A DNA stretch of 32,000 nucleotides from Candidatus Altimarinota bacterium (GTDB taxonomy: Bacteria > Patescibacteriota > Gracilibacteria > UBA1369). The stretch is from assembly GCA_041659405.1 (NCBI GenBank), contig JBAZYK010000002.1:127974-159973 (forward strand), in the 5' to 3' direction. The translations under genes were made by a program, and so were the position numbers. Below are positions 28,265 through 32,000 of the stretch, piece after piece. Under the pieces are notes generated by a model that saw only the letters and a program-made list of their open reading frames with translations, made no database searches and was not told where the DNA came from. The number at the start of each line of letters is the position of its first letter. Position 1 is the stretch's first letter.

Positions 28265-29395
28265 TTATGGACGAATTTTTGCACTGGTTGGGTGTTCCTT
28301 TAACTTCTGCAACACTTTTGCCTCGATCTGACGAATACGTTCACGTGTTACGCGGAATTCATGACCAACTTCTTCCAAAGTGTGACCAACGCCATCTTTT
28401 AGACCAAAACGCATTTCAATGATTTTGCGTTCACGTGGTGAAAGGTACTGAAGCATCTCATGAATATTCTCTTTAATCAACTGACGATTTGTAGCTTCAG
28501 AAGGAGAAAGAGCATCATCATCTTCAATAAAATCGCCCAATTTACTGTCTTCTTCGGTACCAACCGGAGCTTCCAAAGAAACGATATCCTGAGAAATCTT
28601 TAAAATGTGGCGAACCTTTTTAACATCCATATCCATTTCCGCAGCCAACTCTTCTACCAATGGTTCACGACCAAGTTCCTGCACCAGACGGCGTTGCGCA
28701 TGGGTAAGCTTGTTAATTGTTTCCACCATGTGCACCGGAATACGAATTGTACGAGCCTGATCAGCAATGGCACGGGTAATCGCCTGTCTAATCCACCATG
28801 TTGCATACGTAGAAAATTTAAAACCACGATCCGGATCAAATTTTTCAACCGCACGGAAAAGACCAATATTTCCTTCCTGAATCAAATCCAAAAAAGAAAG
28901 TCCACGGCCAATATATTTTTTTGCGATACTAACCACCAAACGAAGATTGGCTTCAGCCAGCCGTTGTTTTGCAGTCTGATCACCTTTTTTAATACGTCTG
29001 GCCAAGTCAATTTCTTCTTTTCCGGTTAAAAGTGCCACCTTCCCAATTTCGCACAAATTTAAGCGAATTGAATCATTGGCAATTTCACGAAGCTCCACTG
29101 TTTTTGCAACTTTCTTGATTTTTTGTTCTACCGCCACCGCTTCGTCATCTTTTTCTTCCTTCATGATCAAAGCGTCTTTAGCGTCGACGATTTCAATACC
29201 CAAATCAAAGAAAAGAGCATAGATTTCATCAAGTAAAATCAAATCTTCCTCAACATTCGGCATAGCCTTTAAAAGCTCCTGTTGCGTAACAAAACCATGT
29301 TCTCGTCCCTTTTTGACGAGTTCGCGCACCTGTACGGGAAATTGATTTAGCTTGTCGTCGGTTGGTTGAACGATGAACTTTTTAGTTCTTGCCAT
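28265..29395 (-). CDS. rpoD: Primary RNA polymerase sigma factor (RpoD/SigA)
   Basis: 376 aa; region 2 [76 protein letters not shown]; region 4 [15 protein letters not shown]...[22 protein letters not shown]. Confidence 0.97.
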   Translation of the reverse strand: MARTKKFIVQPTDDKLNQFPVQVRELVKKGREHGFVTQQELLKAMPNVEEDLILLDEIYALFFDLGIEIVDAKDALIMKEEKDDEAVAVEQKIKKVAKTVELREIANDSIRLNLCEIGKVALLTGKEEIDLARRIKKGDQTAKQRLAEANLRLVVSIAKKYIGRGLSFLDLIQEGNIGLFRAVEKFDPDRGFKFSTYATWWIRQAITRAIADQARTIRIPVHMVETINKLTHAQRRLVQELGREPLVEELAAEMDMDVKKVRHILKISQDIVSLEAPVGTEEDSKLGDFIEDDDALSPSEATNRQLIKENIHEMLQYLSPRERKIIEMRFGLKDGVGHTLEEVGHEFRVTRERIRQIEAKVLQKLKEHPTSAKIRP

Positions 29396-29422
29396 AAAAT
29401 GAAATAAATCTAAATGAATGCG

Positions 29423-31195
29423 TTAAGCGGTATGAAGATGATGCAGCTCAGAGAGAAGTTGTTCCCGCAGCGCTTTATCACCGGTCTTTTCCGCCTGGAT
29501 GAGTTGTAACTGTAAGTTACGTTTTTTATTACCGAAATAGTTCTTTTTTAAGCTCAGAATTAAACCTTTGATCTCTTCTTCCACAACACTTTCGGCCATT
29601 TCTCCATACATCTCACTGATGTAAAAAGAAATAAACGATGCCTTTTCGGCTAGTTCTTGCGGTAAGGAGGCAATAAAATGCTTGACCAGGTAATCTGGGC
29701 CGAGCCTATTATAATTATCGAGAAAAGCCTTGTAAATAGCTTTTAAGTCCTCCGAAAAAAGCTCTTCCTGAATTTGATCCTTATAAATCTGCCCAAGTCG
29801 AGCAAACTCAATCAGGAAGCCAAGTAATAGCTCATCAGAAGAATATTTCTTAACTTTGAGTTCCTCCAGGCCTTCATGGATTCTGGCCGGATGAAATTTT
29901 GAAAGCTTGAAATTCTTGATTTCGTCATATATTTGAACCTCCGTCAATTGAAGATCACAGGCTAATTTACGCACAAAATCATCTTTTTCAATCGAACTTC
30001 CCAAAGTTGAAAAAAAGTTATTAAATTCCTGCAAGATTTTTCTTTTTGCCTGAATCGTTTCTATTCCATAAGTTTTAATCAGTTTTTGATAAACATAATC
30101 ACCATAAGTTTGAGATTTAGCGACCAAATCAATCAATTCCTGTGCATGAGTAAGCGCAAATTCAGCAATATCTTTTCCCGATGAAAGTTCCAAAACTTTA
30201 ATTTCCAGATCGAAATCGGAAACCAGATCGAACGCACGTTTTGCAGCTTCCTGCCCGGCCAAATCCATATCAAATCCCAAAATCAAACTCTTCACAAAAG
30301 GTTGCAAAAGACGCATTTGTTGGAGTGTAAAAGCCGTTCCGGAAGAGGCAACCACATTTTTCACACCCGACTGATAAGCCGCCAAAAAATCCATATATCC
30401 TTCCACAATTAAAACCGTTTCCTGACGCTTAAGCTCTAATTTGGTCGCAGAAAATCCATACAAAATATGACTTTTGTGATAAATGGCAGTTTCCGGAGAA
30501 TTTAAATATTTAGGTTCCTGATCTTTCTTCAAAGCGCGCCCACCAAAGCCAACAACTCGACTAAGACTATCCAAAATAGGAAACATCAATCTTCCCCTAA
30601 AACGATCATAAATGTGTTCAAGCGTAGTATCTTTTGTCATCGCCAAACCGGAAGAAATCAGCATTTTCTTGGTAAACCCCTCTTTCAACAACATTGTATT
30701 GGTTTGATCAAAAGAATCAGGCGCAAACCCCAAACGAAACTGTTTGATAGTTTCATCCGTTAGACCTCTGACATGCAGATAATCCAGAACTTTTTCTCCA
30801 TCTTTAGTTTCCCAAAGACATTTTTGATAAAAAGCGGCAGAAAGTTCATGGATATGGAGCAACTGCTCTTTCTCGTCTACAGAAATACGCTTTACAGGTT
30901 GATATTGTTTCAATTCCACACCGGTTCGCTCTGCTAAAAGTTTTAGAGCATCAACAAAATCCACATTTTCAATTTCCTCGATAAATTTAAAAACATCGCC
31001 GCCTTTGTGGCAGCCAAAACAATAGGCAATTCCACGTTCCGGATTGACCACAAAACTTGGCGTTTTTTCAGCATGAAAAGGACACAAACCTTTAAAACTG
31101 TTTCCAACTTTTTTTAATTGAACGTACTGAGAAACAAGATCCTCGATTGCAATTTTGGACTTAATATCCGCTACGGCGTCGTTCATAAAAAACAT
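29423..31195 (-). CDS. dnaG: DNA primase (start could be 31186)
   Basis: 590 aa; CHC2 zinc finger CPFHAEKTPSFVVNPERGIAYCFGCHKGGDVFKFI; RFRGRLMFPI, LVGFGGRAL, TOPRIM ETVLIVEGYMDFLAAYQSG, LILGFDMDLAGQEAAKRA. Confidence 0.96.
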   Translation of the reverse strand: MFFMNDAVADIKSKIAIEDLVSQYVQLKKVGNSFKGLCPFHAEKTPSFVVNPERGIAYCFGCHKGGDVFKFIEEIENVDFVDALKLLAERTGVELKQYQPVKRISVDEKEQLLHIHELSAAFYQKCLWETKDGEKVLDYLHVRGLTDETIKQFRLGFAPDSFDQTNTMLLKEGFTKKMLISSGLAMTKDTTLEHIYDRFRGRLMFPILDSLSRVVGFGGRALKKDQEPKYLNSPETAIYHKSHILYGFSATKLELKRQETVLIVEGYMDFLAAYQSGVKNVVASSGTAFTLQQMRLLQPFVKSLILGFDMDLAGQEAAKRAFDLVSDFDLEIKVLELSSGKDIAEFALTHAQELIDLVAKSQTYGDYVYQKLIKTYGIETIQAKRKILQEFNNFFSTLGSSIEKDDFVRKLACDLQLTEVQIYDEIKNFKLSKFHPARIHEGLEELKVKKYSSDELLLGFLIEFARLGQIYKDQIQEELFSEDLKAIYKAFLDNYNRLGPDYLVKHFIASLPQELAEKASFISFYISEMYGEMAESVVEEEIKGLILSLKKNYFGNKKRNLQLQLIQAEKTGDKALREQLLSELHHLHTA

Positions 31196-31261
31196 TTAAA
31201 AGCACTTACTTATACCGTAAATAACGCCCTTAAAGCAAGAAACTTAAAAAGACACACTCAA

Positions 31262-31810
31262 CTAAAGCACATTTTTATCACCTTGATAAACGGATTCCCA
31301 TTTTTGGGAATCAAAAGTTTCCCAACGAACAATAGTTCCGTCTCTATCAAGAATAGGAGCTTTTCCATAGGGATAAGTTTTTCGAAGTTGAGCTTCCGAT
31401 TCCGGAATTTGATCCAAATCAATTGTATAAACCACTTCTTCGTCCCTTGCCGCTGCCGCTTTTACCAAGATAGGATCACCCTTTTTTACACCAGCATACC
31501 TTTGAATGTCAACATACTTATTACAAATATCACCCTCCTCATCCTCAGCTCCAACATATACCTCCCTAATAGGCAAAATGTCATTCTGATCTGTCCCGAA
31601 CTCTGCCAAAGCTTTTAAAACTTCTCCATATGTAATTTGACAAATCTCACCTGTTTTTTTCTTTGAGGGCATATCAATCCTTCCAAAACCATCCATTTCA
31701 ATAGATTCCGGCAGATGGTCGTATTGAGCAATAGCATCCTTAAAATCATTAGCAGTGAAAACCGCAAAACCTAAAACCGCAGGAGCAACATATTTAGATA
31801 ATCTATTCAT
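31262..31810 (-). CDS. Hypothetical protein with N-terminal hydrophobic segment
   Basis: 182 aa ORF filling the gap upstream of dnaG, with a coding-like composition; no family recognised. Confidence 0.65.
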   Translation of the reverse strand: MNRLSKYVAPAVLGFAVFTANDFKDAIAQYDHLPESIEMDGFGRIDMPSKKKTGEICQITYGEVLKALAEFGTDQNDILPIREVYVGAEDEEGDICNKYVDIQRYAGVKKGDPILVKAAAARDEEVVYTIDLDQIPESEAQLRKTYPYGKAPILDRDGTIVRWETFDSQKWESVYQGDKNVL

Positions 31811-32000
31811 ATATGCAATTATTTAATCGAGGCCTTAATGTATCACAAACCTGCAAAATGTCAAGTGGTGGATTCACCCCTTTCCAAGATTTCGAGAGTG
31901 CGAGACGGATTTGATATTGAGGGAAAGAGAAAAAACAGGTTTTAAGCCACAACAAAAAGAGGGATGATGAAAGATGACTAAATCATCACCATTCCCTCCA

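Noticed and set aside
28186-28422. 78-aa plus-strand ORF over the greA-rpoD spacer
   Set aside because: More than half is antisense to the rpoD C-terminus, and no homology is recognised.
31941-32000. Possible inverted repeat around gatgatgaaagatgactaaatcatcacc at the window end
   Set aside because: Short, AT-rich, imperfect and truncated by the window edge; not distinguishable from chance.

Overview
This 32 kb window is dense, mostly single-copy bacterial chromosome with short intergenic gaps and several 1-14 nt gene overlaps. The gene style (short gaps, poly-K-rich proteins, reduced forms) resembles a streamlined CPR/Patescibacteria-type genome, but that lineage call is inference. The forward-strand genes are ruvA (3' part), pgi, an M24 aminopeptidase, a PurQ-like amidotransferase with a long C-terminal extension, glmS, a frame-broken asparaginase-domain gene, pyk, ruvC, a TPR protein, a prepilin peptidase, gpmI, a manC-type guanylyltransferase, a cupin, a giant SecD-SecF fusion, tRNA-Arg(UCG), a hydrolase-DUF1858 fusion, priA, trpS, pyrG, a PilC-N-like membrane protein, lgt and a small membrane protein. 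The reverse-strand block is a PEGA/propeller-like protein, greA, rpoD, dnaG and a hypothetical protein. No CRISPR array, transposase, prophage or defence island was found. The strongest oddity is the secDF gene (14061-17303): a canonical parvulin-type PPIase domain, preceded by a degenerate parvulin-like segment, is inserted in the periplasmic part of SecD, and SecF is fused downstream. Other notable points are four consecutive palindromes directly 3' of tRNA-Arg, a poly-A -1 frame break in the asparaginase-like gene, an RBBP9-like hydrolase fused to DUF1858, a duplicated PilC/GspF N-terminal-like motif, and a PurQ with a PurS-like tail ending in low-complexity repeat sequence.
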